Source of the DNA: Paramoeba atlantica
Taxonomy: Eukaryota; Protista; Discosea
NCBI GenBank assembly: GCA_977017575.1
Contig: CDRNVI010000182.1
Location: 1-64,000 of the forward strand
Length of the DNA stretch: 64,000 nucleotides
Direction of reading: 5' to 3'
Position numbers and translations under genes: made by a program. Shown here one piece after another: positions 14,727 through 27,780 of the stretch. Positions within the stretch are counted from its first letter, which is position 1. Every line of letters starts with the position of its first letter. The notes under the pieces were generated by a model. The model was not told the origin of the DNA and made no database searches. It saw only the letters and a program-made list of their open reading frames with translations.

Positions 14727-14846
14727 AGGTCTTCAGCACTCGGGATTCGAATGTGGTCACCCACCATTCTACTAACCGAGCCCACAGCTGCTTAACTTCC
14801 GAGTTCTGATGGGATCAGGTGCTTTCAACTGGGTATGACCGAAGAC
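14727..14846 (-). rRNA. 5S rRNA gene
   Basis: GTCTTCGGTCATACC...GTGCTGAAGACCT with box A/C motifs and T-tract terminator; TATA-like element at about -30 (14871-14878). Confidence 0.95.
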
Positions 14847-15785
14847 ATTTTCTTTTCTTTTTTTTCTCCTTTTATAATTCTCTGATTAGTTCAAAAGAGA
14901 GAAAAAGAAAAGAGAAAGAGAAGCTCCTCCCTCCCATGGAGGAGAGAAAAATCACCAAAAAAAAACAAGAAAGGGAGGGAGAAAAAAAAACCAAAAAAAT
15001 TAACCTTGATACAAAGATCCACCTTTTTTTTGTTTTTTTTTGGGGGGGTGGGGTGGGGGTGGTGGGGGTGAAGATCAAACATGCCACACATACACCACAC
15101 ATTTTTTTCTCTCTCTCTCTCTCTCTCTCTCCTCTTCTCTTGTGGACGGACAGCGAGCGGTCAGGGTTTTCGAACTTTTTCCCTTCCTCCTCTTCTCTCC
15201 AAGTCCAGTTCTTTGAGAGAAGTCCAGTCCTTTGAGAGAAGAACAATTTATCAATCCTTTGCGCTCTGAAAAGTAAAAATAAGAATGGGTGATGAAAGAA
15301 AAAAGAGAAAAAAGAAGAGAAAAAAAAGAGAGAAAGAGAATAGAACCTAACACAGGATCAGGGTGTGTGATAATAATAACAAAAAAAACACGATGTTCCC
15401 TTGGGGGGAGACAAACAAAGAGAAGAGGAGAGGAGAGGAGAGAAGAGGAGAGGAGAGAAGAGAGAAGAAGAGAGAAGAAAGAAGAAAGAAGAAAGAAGAG
15501 AGAACGAGAGAGAACGGCGGTTTCAGGGAAATAAAACAAGGGAGGTGTCCCCAAAAAGGAGGTGTCCCTTAATATTTTCCTTTTACGTGCAAGAAGATGA
15601 CGTGTCAATTCTTTTCTGATTCTCAGAATCCGAGATTTCAGCAACACACGGTCTTCTTTTTTTTGGTTTTCCCCGAATTTGCAAGATGATGATGATGGTG
15701 GTGTGTGTGTTCGAGAAGAGAGGTGGGAGCCACACAACAATTTTTCATTTTCATTTTTTCAAGAAACAAAAACAAAAACAAAAAG

Positions 15786-18277
15786 ATGAGTAACTCGACT
15801 GATGGTCCAATTGTTGGGATCGATTTGGGAACGACATATTCCTCTGCATTGGTTATTGGGTGAATGACCGTGTTGAAATTATCGCAAACGATCAAGGAAA
15901 TCGTTTACTGACACTGAACGATTGATTGGAGATGCTGCCAAGAACCAAGTTGCTATGAATCCATACAACACCATTTTCGACGCGAAACGATTGGTCGACG
16001 ATTTGATGACCCAGCTGCCCAATCTGACATGAAGCATTGGCCATTCAAGGTGGTGAACCAATCCAGTAAACCCATGATCCAAGTTGAGTACAAAGCGGAA
16101 CAAAAGACTTTTTCTCCTGAGGAGATTTCTTCGATGGTTTTGATCAAGATGAAAGAGATTTCAGAAGCTTTCATTGGAAAGGAAGTCAAAGAAGTAGTGA
16201 TTACAGTGCCTGCTTATTTTAACAATTCTCAACAGCAAGCTACAAAAGATGCAGGTGTTATTGCTGGCTTAATTGTTCGACGTATTATCAACGAACCCAC
16301 TGCTGCTGCGATTGCTTATGGTTTGGACAAGAAAGGAGCGGAGAGAAATGTATTGATTTTTGATTTGGGAGGTGGTACTTTTGATGTGTCTCTTTTGACG
16401 ATTGAAGATGGGATTTTCGAAGTGAAAGCAACTGCTGGTGATACTCACTTGGGAGGAGAAGATTTTGACAATCAAATGGTGAACCACTTTACCAATGAGT
16501 TCAAGAGGAAGCAGAAGAAGGATATGACTTCCAATGCTCGCTCCATGAGACAATTGAGAACTGCTTGTGAATGTGCAAAGCGAACTTTGTCTTCTCAAGC
16601 TCAAGCTTCCATTGAAGTAGACTCTCTCTTTGAAGGAATTGACTTCTACACTTCCATCACTCATGCTCGATTTGAAGAATTGAACCAAGACTTATTCCGT
16701 GGAACTTTAGATCCAGTTGAGAAGGTGTTGCGTGACTCAAAGATGGACAAAGGACAAATTCACGACGTTGTGTTAGTTGGAGGATCCACTCATATTCCTA
16801 AGATCCAATCTCTTTTGCAAGAGTTCTTCAATGGAAAGGAGTTGTGCAAAAGCATCAATCCTGACGAAGCTGTTGCTTATGGAGCTGCTGTTCAAGCTGC
16901 GATTTTAGCTGGTGTGACTGAAGGAGGACTTTCTGATTTACTTTTGTTGGATGTTGCTCCACTTTCTCTTGGTATTGAGACTGCTGGAGGTTTGATGACA
17001 AACTTGATTAATCGAAACACCACCATTCCAACGAAGGCTTCCAACAGTTTTACCACTTATTCTGACAACCAACCTGCTGTGACCATCCAAGTTTATGAGG
17101 GTGAGAGAAAGTTCACCAAGGACAACAACTTGCTTGGAAAATTTGATTTGACTGGAATTCCCCCTGCTCCTCGTGGTGTTCCTCAAATTGAGGTTACCTT
17201 TGATATTGATGCGAATGGTATTTTGAATGTCTCTGCAAAGGACAAGTCTACTGGAAAACAGAACCAAATTACCATCACAAATGATAAGGGTCGACTGTCT
17301 CAAGCTGATATTGATCGAATGGTGAAGGATACTGAACAGTTTAAGGATGAAGATGAGGAGGGTTGGTGCCCGTAGTTTAGTCGTAAATTCGACTATGTCC
17401 AACCCCGGGGGGGCGAGTTCAAATCCCAGTTTTTTGATATTATAGAAAATTTTTCTGGTGCTGTAGAGTGATTTGATTGGAGTGAGGAGCTCTTGAAGAA
17501 GTGTGAAAATCGGAACAGGTTACATCTCAGCCCTGTCTGCTAAAAAGTTGAGGATAAATTCCCTTGGAAGGAGCTTTGAATTATTCTCCCTTCTGATGTG
17601 CATCCTCCAGCCTGAACTTGCAGAAGTTCTAAAGTTCAGCATAAAGACCGACTGAACTAAGCTGAAGTTTAAAACTTCACCTCTCGTTAGAGGTTAAAAA
17701 CAAACATAATTTAATGTAATTCAAATGGCTTAGATTAAGAACTACTAATTGAATAAAGTCTGCCTCAAAAAAAAAAAAAAAAAAGGATGAAGATGAGGAA
17801 GCTCGGAAGAAGGTTGAAGCGAAGAATGGACTTGAGAACTATGCTTACTCTTTGTGATCAACTCTTCGTGATGAGAAAATTTCTGCTGTTATCTCTGAGG
17901 AAGACAAGCAGACTGTGAACAAGCATGTCGATGAGGCTATTTTGTGGTTGGAGACAAACCAACTTGCTGAGGTTGATGAGTTTGAACACAGGAGGAAGGA
18001 ATTGGAAGAGAAGGTGATGCCAATCTTCTCCAAGATCTACCAAGGAGCTGGTGGTGAGGGTGGTGTGCCTGGTGGTATGCCCAGTGGTGTGCCTGGTGGT
18101 ATGCCAGGAGGAGGTATGCCTGGTGGATTCCCTGGTGGTGCTGGGGGATTCCCTGGTGGAGCTGGTGGATTCCCTGGTGGTGGTGGTTCTGGTTCTGGAG
18201 GTTTCTCTGGTTCTGGTGGAAATGCAGGAGGAGGATCTGGTTCTTCTGCTGAACCCAAGATTGAGGAAGTTGATTAA
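15786..18277 (+). pseudogene. HSP70: Cytosolic Hsp70 pseudogene (frameshifts, deletions, premature stop, SINE insertion)
   Basis: [40 protein letters not shown] repeats and terminal EEVD; 5' frameshifts; TGA near 17855; insertion at 17360-17782. Confidence 0.95.
17360..17782 (+). mobile_element. SINE-like retroposon (423 bp) with poly(A) tail and 17-bp TSD
   Basis: TSD AAGGATGAAGATGAGGA at 17343-17359 and 17783-17799; B-box-like GAGTTCAAATCC; AATAAA at 17752; A tail. Confidence 0.92.
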
Positions 18278-18799
18278 AATTTTGTTGAACTTTCCTTTTG
18301 TACAAAATAAATAAATTATTGGTTGAAAAATATTTATTATTAAAATGATTTTTTTTTTCTCTCTCTTTTGGAACTCTCACAGTTCACTTGGAACTCTCAC
18401 AGTTCACTTGGAACAACACAACAATCTTAACAAAAGGAGAGGAGATCTCTCACACACAAACACTCCAATAATCCCCACCCCAACTACCTTTTTTTTTCTC
18501 TTGTCCACTTCATATCAACATCTTTTCTCTTTCTTTTTGTTGTTTTTTCTCTCCTTGAGAACCATCTCCTTAAAAATAGGGAAATCAGATCAATCTGGCG
18601 ATCTCTTTTTGTCCTGCCTCTCTTTTTCAGTTAAAAACACACCTCCTCTTTTTGAATTTCCCCCCACCACACTCTCACTGCTGCATACGTGCTTGAAAAA
18701 TCTCCAAAGAGGCTGCAATATTTGTTTTGTACACAAATATTGTAGTCTTTTTGGCTTCAATAAAAAGATTAAAGGTACATGTTACACACACTACTCCTC

Positions 18800-21420
18800 A
18801 GGGAAAGGGGGAAAAAAAGTAAGAGAGGAGGAAAAAAAAGAAAAAACAAAAAAAAAAAAAAAAAGAAAAAAACAAAAAAAAAAAGAAAAAAAACAAAAAG
18901 AAAAAGAAGAAAAAAGGAAAAGGAAAAAAAAGGAAAAAGGAGAGGGAAAGAGAAAAGAAAGGGTCAAAAGAAAAAAAAAAGAAAAGGGAAAGAAAAGGGA
19001 AAAGGAAAAAAAAAAAGAGAAAAATAAACAAAAAAACTAATAAAAACAAAAGAAAAAAAAGAAAAAAAAGAAAAAGAAAAGGAAAACAAAAAAAGAAAAA
19101 AGAAAGAAAAAGAAAAAAAAGAGAAAAAAAGAGAAGATAAAAGAAACAAAGAGAAGAAAAAAAGAAAAAAAGAAAGAAAAAAGAAAAAGAAAAAAGGAAA
19201 AGGAAAAAAAAGGAAAGGAAGGGGAAAAGAGAAAGAGAAAAAAAAAAAAAAACCAACAATTTTCTTTTTATTTTCGCTTTGTCAAGAAAAGAAAGGAGAA
19301 AGAGGAGGAAAAGGAAAAAAAACAAAAAAAAACAAAAAAAAAACAAAAAACAAAAAAAAAAAAAGAAAACAAGGGAAAAAAATAAAATAAAAAAAACAAA
19401 AAAACAAAAAAAAAACAAAGAAAAGAAAAGAAAAGAAAAGAACAATAAACAAAAACAAACAAAAACAAACAAAAACAAAAAAAAGGAAAAAAAAGGAAAA
19501 AAAAGGAAAAAAAAGGAAAAAAAGGAAAAGGAAAAAAGAAAAAAAGAAAGAAAAGAAAAAAGAAAAAACAAAGACAGAAAAAAAAGGAAAAAAAAAGAAA
19601 AAAAAGGAAAAGGAAAAAAGAAAAAGAAAAGAAAGAAAAGAAAAAAAGAAAAGCAAAGACAGAAAAGAAAGAAAAAAGAGAAAAAAAGAAAAAAAAAGAA
19701 AAAAAGAAAAACAAAGACAGAAAAGAAAAAGAAAAGAAAAAAGAAAAGAAAGAAAAAAAAAAAAAAAGAAAAAAAAAAAAAAAGAAAAAAAAAAAAAAAG
19801 AAAAAAAAAAAAAAAGAAAAAAAAAAAAAAGAAAAAAAAGAAAAGAAAAAAACTGTGAAGAAAAAGGATCTTTTTTGATACGTGATTTCACTCTTTTCTA
19901 ATTCAACAACTTCACTGTTTTAAAAGGAAAGAAAGAGAAGGAAAGAAAAGAAAAGAAAAGGAGAAAGAGGGGAAAGAGGAGAGAAGATTAAAAAGAGGAA
20001 AGATAAAAGATAAAGAAGACAAAAAAACAAAAGATAAAAGAAAAAAAAAGGAAAAAGAGAAAAAAAAAGAGAAAAAAAAAGAGAAAAAAAGAAAAAAAAG
20101 AAAAAGAAAAAACAAAGAAAAACAAAGAAAAAAACCAATAAAGAAAAAAGGACCATTTTTGATACGTAAATTACACTCTCTTCGATTAAACAACTTTCCT
20201 GTGTTAAGGAGAAAAGAAAGAGAAAGAGAAGGAAAAAGGGGAGAAAAAGAGAAGAAAAGGGAAGAGAGGGGAAAAGATTGAAAAGAGGAAAGATAAAGAG
20301 GAAAAGATAAAGAGGAAAAGATAAAGAGGAAAAAATAAAGAGGAAAAGATAAAGAAGAAAAAAAAAGAAAAAAGAAAAAAGAAAAAGAAAAAGGAAAAAA
20401 GAAAAAAGAAAAAAGAAAAAAGAAAAAAAAAAAAAAGAAAAAGAAAAAAGAAAAAAAAGAAAGAAAGAAAAAGAACCGCAAGAAAAAAGAGAAAACAATT
20501 TTACTTCACCCCTTTTCCTACTCCTTGCTCATCACCTCCTTGCTCATCACCTCCTTGCCCATCACCTCCTCTTTCTTCCCTCCTCTTTCCCTCCTCCCTT
20601 CTCTCCTTCCTCTTTCCTTTTAATTTTTTTTTTAATTTCTCTTTTTTCTTTTTTCTTTCTTTTTTCTTTTTTTTTTCTTTTTCCTCTTTTCTTCCCTCTC
20701 CTTTCGCTCTTTCCTCTCTTTCCTCTTTCCTCTCTTTCCTCTCTTTCTGGTCTCTTTCTCTCTTGGAAATATTTATTTTAGCACAAAAAAAAAGATTTAG
20801 GGTTCATAATTTTTCTGGCCCTCTGTTGGTTTTTTTTTTTGTTTTGCCTTTTCTTCTCTTCTCTTTTTCTCTCTTCTCTCTTCTCTTCTTTCTCTTCTCT
20901 CTTCTTTCTCTCTTCTCTTCTTTCTCTCTTCTCTTCTTTCTCTCTCTTCTCTCTTCTCTCTTCTCTTTTTCGTTTTTCTTTTTCTCTTTTCTTTTTCTCT
21001 TTTCTCTTTTTATTCCTTCTTTTTCTTTCTCTTTCTCAAACTTTTTCGCCCTTTATGAATGGGACTGGATGGGTTCTCTCTTTTACTTCTTTTATTTCTT
21101 TACTTTTCTATTTTTTTCTTCTCTTTTTCACTTTTATCTCTTCTCTTTTTTCACTTTTTCACTTTTTCTCTTTTTTGTTTCTCTTTTTCTTGTTCCCCTT
21201 TTTCTCGTTCCCCTTTCTTCCCTTTTTTGATAGGGTTCTCTCTTTTCTTTTTTCCCCCCTTTTTTCTTTTTCTCTTCTTTTCTTTTCTTTTTGTTGATTT
21301 TTTTCCTTTTGTTTTTGATTTCTTCTTCACAGTTTCTTGTTTTTCTCTTTCTTCTTCTTTCTATTTTCTCTTTCTCTTCTCTCTCTTTCCCCCCCTTCCC
21401 TTTCTTTTCCTTTTTCTTTT
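18800..21420. repeat. Low-complexity purine tract (A/G) followed by pyrimidine tract (T/C)
   Basis: Base composition only. Confidence 0.9.
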
Positions 21421-21797
21421 TTGAAAAAATAAGACAGTCTTACAGATAAGTGAATCTTCAAAAAAAAAGAAAAGACAAAAGAGATGTTTTTATTTGGGAA
21501 AGATGATGTATTCTCTGGGTCCGGATTTTCACAAATTAGCACCCAGAGAGTATCAAGATCTCTACCCTAACTGTCTATCTGACACATTCTTTTTGACGAA
21601 AAAAGAAAGGAGAAAAATTACAATGAGATCACCAACAGAGAAAAGAAGAGGAGTGAATAAAGAAAAAAGAAAAAAGAAAAAAGAAAAAAGAAAAAAGAAC
21701 ACAAAAGAAGAGATTTTATTATTTATTTTCATCTTCTCTCCTTTGGAGGAGAATTGAAAAACTTCTTTTTTGAACCATGTGGTGGGGAAGAAGAACA

Positions 21798-22702
21798 TCA
21801 AGTTTCTTTTCTCTTCTTCATAAACATTTTGTCTTTCTCTTCTTCTTCTTTTGGTTCAGTCACCAACCTCTCTGTGATTTCTTCCAAATGTTTCTTGAGA
21901 ATAATTTCTGTTTCCATCATCTTTTTTGACTTCTTTTCTTTCGCTTCAAGATTACAAAGTCTTCTTTCGATGTTTCGTCGTTGGTTTTGAAGCTTTCTTG
22001 ATTGCCCAAATGATTTTGGTTTACCACAATCTTCCTCTTCCTCTTCTTCCTCTTCTTCCTCTTCTTCCTCTTCTTCCTTAGAGGATTGGATTTCTTCAAT
22101 CTCCTCTTCCTCTTGTTTGTTTCCAACAATGTCCTTTTGACTTTTCAAATCAACAAGGTTCTCTCGAACTTGGGTTTTGTTTTCAGTCAACCGTTCCTTT
22201 CTTTGTTGGAGAGCCACAATCTTTTCTTCAAGAACATCAATCTGATCTGCCAGTTTCTTGTCACGTTTACTGAGAATTTCAATCTCCTTCTCTCTCTTCT
22301 GTTGTTCCTTGAGTCTTTTCTGAGGGTTCTCAGAAACTTCATCCCCCACTTTCTCAACCTTCTTCTCTCCATCACCACCCACTCAATTTTCGACCTCTTG
22401 GATCTCCTTTTCGGTTTCTTCTTCAACTTGACTCTCCTGCTTTTGTTGTCTTGTTCTTTTTTGGGAGAACAAACAAAGCGTCTTCCAAGTCTTGATCACG
22501 TTTCAAAGACAACATCACACTCATCATCAAGATAGAACACTCGAACTGCAGTTGAAGTTCCGTACACATCCTGGATCTTCCTTCGGAGACTTCGAAAGTC
22601 TTGAGCTTGAACAGAACACACTCTTCCATTCTCAGTGTTTTGGACTTCCCACCACTCTTCTTCTCTTTCGACAATCGACATCAATTGAATTCTCATCACC
22701 AT
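21798..22702 (-). pseudogene. PB1-domain plus acidic coiled-coil protein pseudogene
   Basis: FRSLRRKIQDVYGTSTAVRVFYLDDECDVV/LKRDQDLEDAL resembles PB1 with OPCA motif; two frameshifts and an in-frame TGA join it to the 21798-22382 coiled-coil ORF. Confidence 0.65.
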
Positions 22703-23345
22703 ATTTTGATTGATTGTTGTTGTTTTTTCTGTTTCAAGTTATCCAGAAAAAGAAATGTTTTGAATTAAAAACAAAACCTGAGGGTGTGGTTGATTGTGTT
22801 TGTTGTCGTTCACGAGGGAATGAGAGGGGGGGGGGGTGTGGCGAGAAGGAACACCAATCAAAATTGAACAAAAAAAAACAAAAAAAAATCACTGAAAGAA
22901 CAACCAAAAACACACACACAGAAAAAAAAAAAAGAAAAAAAGGGCTGATAGGACCTGAAATAGAGGTCCATCATATTCGGACCCAAAATAGAGGTCCGTT
23001 TTTCTTTTTTTGTTTTTGTTTTTTTGTTCGTTTGTTTTTTTTTGGTTTTCCTCAGTCTTTCTTTTTCCTCTTTCTCTTTTCTTCTGTCTTTCTTTCTTAT
23101 CTTTCTTTTTGTGGGTTGTTAATTTTTTTTCCTTCTCTTTCTTTGTTTTTTCTTTATTTTTTTCTTTCTTTTTTTTGAAATTCCACCACTTTTTCTCTCT
23201 TTCCATTGAGGTTTTTTCTCTTTTCTCTTTTCTCTTTTCTTTTTTCTCTTTTCTTCTTTCTTTTCTCTCATCTTTCTTTTCTTTTTCTCTTTTCTTTTTA
23301 TTAATTTGGATTGATATTAAAAGAAGAAAAAAAAGAAGAGAAAGT

Positions 23346-23465
23346 GTCTTCGGTCATACCCAGTTGAAAGCACCCGATTCCATCAGAACTCGGAAGTTAA
23401 GCAGCTGTGGGCTCGGTTAGTAGAATGGTGGGTGACCACATTCGAATCCCGAGTGCTGAAGACCT
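23346..23465 (+). rRNA. 5S rRNA gene
   Basis: Nearly identical to the 14727-14846 copy (2 substitutions); TATA-like element at 23314-23322. Confidence 0.95.
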
Positions 23466-23525
23466 TCTCTTTTTTTCTTTTTTTTCTCTCTTTTTTTTTC
23501 TCTCTTTTTTTTTTTTTTCTCTCTT

Positions 23526-26500
23526 TTTTTTTTTTTTCAATGAAAGAGATTTTTATTCGAAATAGATGGTTGTAAGAGAAGGGAATGGTTCTCACCCAGT
23601 GAGAGGAGGAACTGCAGAAAAAGGGGGTAGTACATGTGGAAAGAAGAGGGGGGAATGGAAATGTCATTTGGATTGAGAGATGATGAGAAGCACAGAGAGT
23701 GATGGGTCAAAAGGGGGTTGCTGGGTTTTAGATTTTCCTGTATGCTCATCATGTGGTTTGCCATTGCTTTCATTAGTGCAGCTGAAATCTTCTTCTTTGC
23801 TGTTCTTAAGAAGAGGGGGAGGGGGTTGGCATCCAGGACCCGGTCGTTTTGGAGGGCAATTGAGGCAAGGGATCGTAGGAGTGCACTAATGTCAGGGGAT
23901 ATTCCACCACCTGAGGATGAAGATGCTGGAAGGAAGATGACTTCACCTTGGAGAAACGGAAAGAGTTATTTGTTTAAGGGTCTGTTTCTCCTCAGAGGTG
24001 TCTCTGCCCCTTCCTGCATTAAAGTCTGTTTCAGTCAGACATCTGTCCACATATTCTCTGCATTTCATGATCCTGGCATGGTGTGCAGCAGGTGAGAGGG
24101 TGTCGAGTATGGGGGGTCAGAGTGGGTTTTGGTGGGTGTTTGGATCACACAGCGAAAGTGGGGGGTTTTGTGGGTTGACACAACTCGAACATCAATACAC
24201 AGATCCTGGTCGCCTTGCCACTCGCGGATTGTAAGATCAGGTTGCTTGTGTGACTTCCTGATTGGCTGGTAGGCTCCATCTCAGATTGTTGTTTTTCCCA
24301 CCCAGCTGGCAATGTTCTTGAGTTCATCACGGAGAGCATGGTGTCTTCTTGTGTGGTTCCTCTTCCACGACTGGTGCAATCTGAGAGGTGGAGGGAGGAT
24401 GCAGCACAGAGTTCTTTTTCACAGAATCCACACTTGACAGTCCCAAGTTTGCAGAGAGCCCCAAGGTGTGGGTCAACTATGTCAAGCCTACATCGGTAGG
24501 CTGAGCGAAAATCTTCAGCATTTAAGGCTCAATATGGCTTTGGCCCAGAGGTGTCCTTGTCAGGGTAGGCTGTCATCCACAAGTGGGTGGTGGGGCCAAC
24601 CTCATTCTCACGGATTGCACGGCAGAGGTTTTTGTCTTGTGTTGGGTCCATGATCTTCTTTTTGACATCCTGAAGTTCACAGGAGGTGAACTTCTTCTGT
24701 GGTTTGTAGTTTTCTCCAGTGCCCATTGAGTCAGATGGTGGCTCTGTCAATCGAGTTAGGAGCTCATGGACAGAGGTACCACTTGGCAGTTTCCACTCGC
24801 TCAAGATGAAGCTTTCAAAATGGTCATATATGCTTGGTGGAGAGCCTGGTGCTGGGGTGAGTCACTCTTCCAGAAGTCTTCAAAGAGGTTGGTAAGTTCA
24901 GGTTTGAACTCAGAGCAGGATCAGTAGACTGAGATCCAGGAGCCAAGGAAGGCTGCTTGGTGGGTGTTCTGAGAGTAGCTCAAGCCACCACCATCTTTTG
25001 ACTTTGGAAGGCCTGCAGCTTCTACTCGAGAGAGATGGAGTTCTTTGTTTGGATGCAGGTGGGGGACTTGGAGGGGGTTGAGGAGGTAATTGGTGTTTGT
25101 TGTAGTGGTTTGCTTGATGGAGTCTTGGAAAGGGGTTAAAGAGAGAGGTGTTGTGCAACAGATGTATGTTAGTTTGGGTGTGATGGTTTTGACAAAAAGC
25201 TCGAGACTTTCATGGGGGTTGGAGAACATTATTAAACAGTGGTCTTGTGATGCTTGTTGGTATTCTTGAGCAAGGGTGTGAAGCCACTTGGAAATTTGAG
25301 TGTTCAGCCCGATGGGTGACCCTAGAACTGTGATTACTTCCGCCTTCCCTGCCAAGATTTTTGAGGTCATTGCTCCTGGGCGCTTCAGGAGAGAAACAGA
25401 CCATTTTGCCCCTTTCTGTGCCAAGTTTGAGGTTGGCATTTGGGAGGACACTCTGGATCTGAGTGGTGATTTCTGCAATGGCAACCAGGCTCCCACAAAC
25501 AAATATATCATCGACAAAGAGGAGAAGAAGAAGTGCATTCGGTGGAGCATCAACCTTCTGAAAGATTGGATTGAGGATTCCATGAAATCCCAGACAAAAG
25601 AAAATTGTCCCGAGGGGATCTCCTTGCTGGACACCCTCCTCCATGGTGAGGGTGTGGTTCTGGTCATGAGAGAGTGAGGGGTGTTGCTGAAGAATAGAAG
25701 GTGTAGAGGTATGGAAGTAATACAGGGGCCAGCTGGACTGTGCTCTCAAAGATGGTTTTTCTTGAGATGGAATTGAAGGCATTAACAATGTCCAGTTTCG
25801 CGGCATAATGTTGTGGGTGGAGGTGGAGATAGGCTGTGATATTGCTTTGTGGACCATTTTTGCACCACTTGGCAAGCATACACCATACTGATGGGACAAT
25901 TTCTCAGGAATTCCCTCGTGTTGGACTTCAAGAACAAGTGCAATCGCTGCCCACCTCTTGAGAACTTCAGCAACACCAATTGGACGGATCCCTTTGTCCA
26001 CCTTTTGCCAGAGGAATGAAGAGAGAGGTTGCCATGATGTTGTGTATGGTTTCATTGAGTTTTTGGTTGGTGATTAAGACAGTCAATTCTTTGAGGGTTG
26101 AGTGGAGTTCTTGGTCTGTGCATAGGAGTGTGACAAACTCATAAGACATTCCTGAGAGCCCTGGTGTGCGGCCTTTTGGAAGTCTCCGAAGGGCCAGATC
26201 AAGTGAGTCAAAGGACTGAAACTCATCTTGTTCAAGGATTGCTGGTTTTCAGTCAGGAATTTCGGCTCGATCTGGTGGAGTCCACACCTGCTCAGATCTT
26301 GGGTAGAGGTTCTTCGCAGTTTCATGATTTTCTGGGACTGAGAGATCCCTGAATCCACTCTTGGATTGAAGCTTCCTTGCAGCTTTGGAGAGATGTCCTT
26401 TTCTGACCTCTTCAATAATCTGGTCTGCCTTGGTTTTCTTGGTGGACTTCTGCTTCCTCTTTTGCTTGAGTTTGCTGAGCTTGCCCTCAAGTTTTTTGTG

Positions 26501-27780
26501 GAGTCTCTTCCACTCAAAATTTCGCACCATGGTGCATCGAGATTTCACTTCTTTCATTCCTCAAGTACCCCTTCTAAGGCAGCCAAAGATCCATTTTGGG
26601 AGGAGGATCAGGAGTTGGGGTATCTTATGAAAGAGGTGTCATACAGCACAAAAAGTTTTGATGACTGTATCACGAAGGCAGAGTGTGGTACTGAGTCCAT
26701 GTAGCAGAGGGGGATGTGTTTTGAGAAGGAGTCTCCTTCAAGAGAGAGGATGAAGTTCATTGTAGTCTCTTCTTTGCTTCCATGAGGAAGGGTTGTAGAG
26801 TGCCCATGATTGAAGAAGAGTTGTTGGATGTGTTGTGGGTCTGGGTCGAGGATGGGTGTGATTCTCCAGGTGTTGTCAGGGCATCCTCTGTGTACTGCTA
26901 AACTTGTGATCCTATCTGCCAAAGAGTTGTTCTTGCGGTTTCTCCAGTTAATATGGTTTTCAGGGCTTGGGAGAATGGATGAGAGAGTGGACAATTTCCT
27001 TATTCTCACAAACAACACAGAGTGATGAGCTTCCAACACACCATCCATTTTGGGTTGGTAGCAACAGATCCATCCCCACAGATGAAAAAGAAGTTGTCTT
27101 TGACATTTGTGAGCGAGATTTCGGGAGGCTGTGGTGCAGGTTTCCAGTGTTGCCAGAACTGTAGGAGAAAGGCTATTCTCCCTGTGCTACTTGTGATTTG
27201 AGAGAAGGGGGACGATATCTCATCTTGCTTTGTTTGTTGAGCATTTTTGAAATCTGAGGAGAGAATGGGAGTAAGGTCTTAGTTTTTCTGTTGACCACCA
27301 AAGAAGTGGTTGATTCCAAGTCCAAGGAGGTCACAAGCTCTGCATGTTTGGAGGGAGCTTGTTCTTGTGTGATCCAAGTTTCTGAAGCAGGGGACAGTTA
27401 AGACTATATCTTCAAAGGAGCCATTTTCGAAGAGTTCAAGGATAAGGGAGAGGGAGGGAGGGTGGGAGGGAAGTGGGGAGGGAGGGTGGGAGGGAATTGG
27501 GGAGGGAGGGTGGGAGGGGGGATTGGAGGGAGAGCAGGGAGGGGAGGTTAGGGATGGGAGAGGTTGGGGGGGGGGGGGAGGAAGAGGGTGACAGAGAGTT
27601 TGTGACTTCCTGTGGTGGGAAAAGGAGCAGAATGTAAGGAGGCACTTCTCACATTGGGAGACTATTACTTTTTGGTGTTGGCCTCTGCATCTTCAGTATG
27701 AGCAATTGCCAAGGAATTTTGGAGGATGTGAAGTTGTCTTCTGGGCCTGAGGATTGTCCATTCGATTTAGTTCTTTTTCT
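23526..27780 (-). mobile_element. Decayed non-LTR retrotransposon, CRE-like clade (RT + CCHC + restriction-like endonuclease); 5' boundary uncertain
   Basis: Frameshifted RT motifs IRPIGVAEVLKR, HQYGV, LDIVNAFNSISR, GVQQGDPLG, FVDD, VLGSPIG; CGFC-x12-H-x3-C; RRHHALRDEL; KQPDLTIREWQGDQDLCIDVRV; A tail at ~23526-23537. Confidence 0.85.

Noticed and set aside
17360-17430. HDV-like ribozyme or 7SL origin of the SINE head
   Set aside because: A P1-like 7-bp stem exists, but no P2/P3 pairing could be built, and no SRP helix-8 motif was found.
27445-27580. G-quadruplex element (GGGAGGGAGGGT repeats)
   Set aside because: Most simply a Pro/Ser/Leu-coding repeat in the N-terminal part of the CRE-like ORF on the minus strand.
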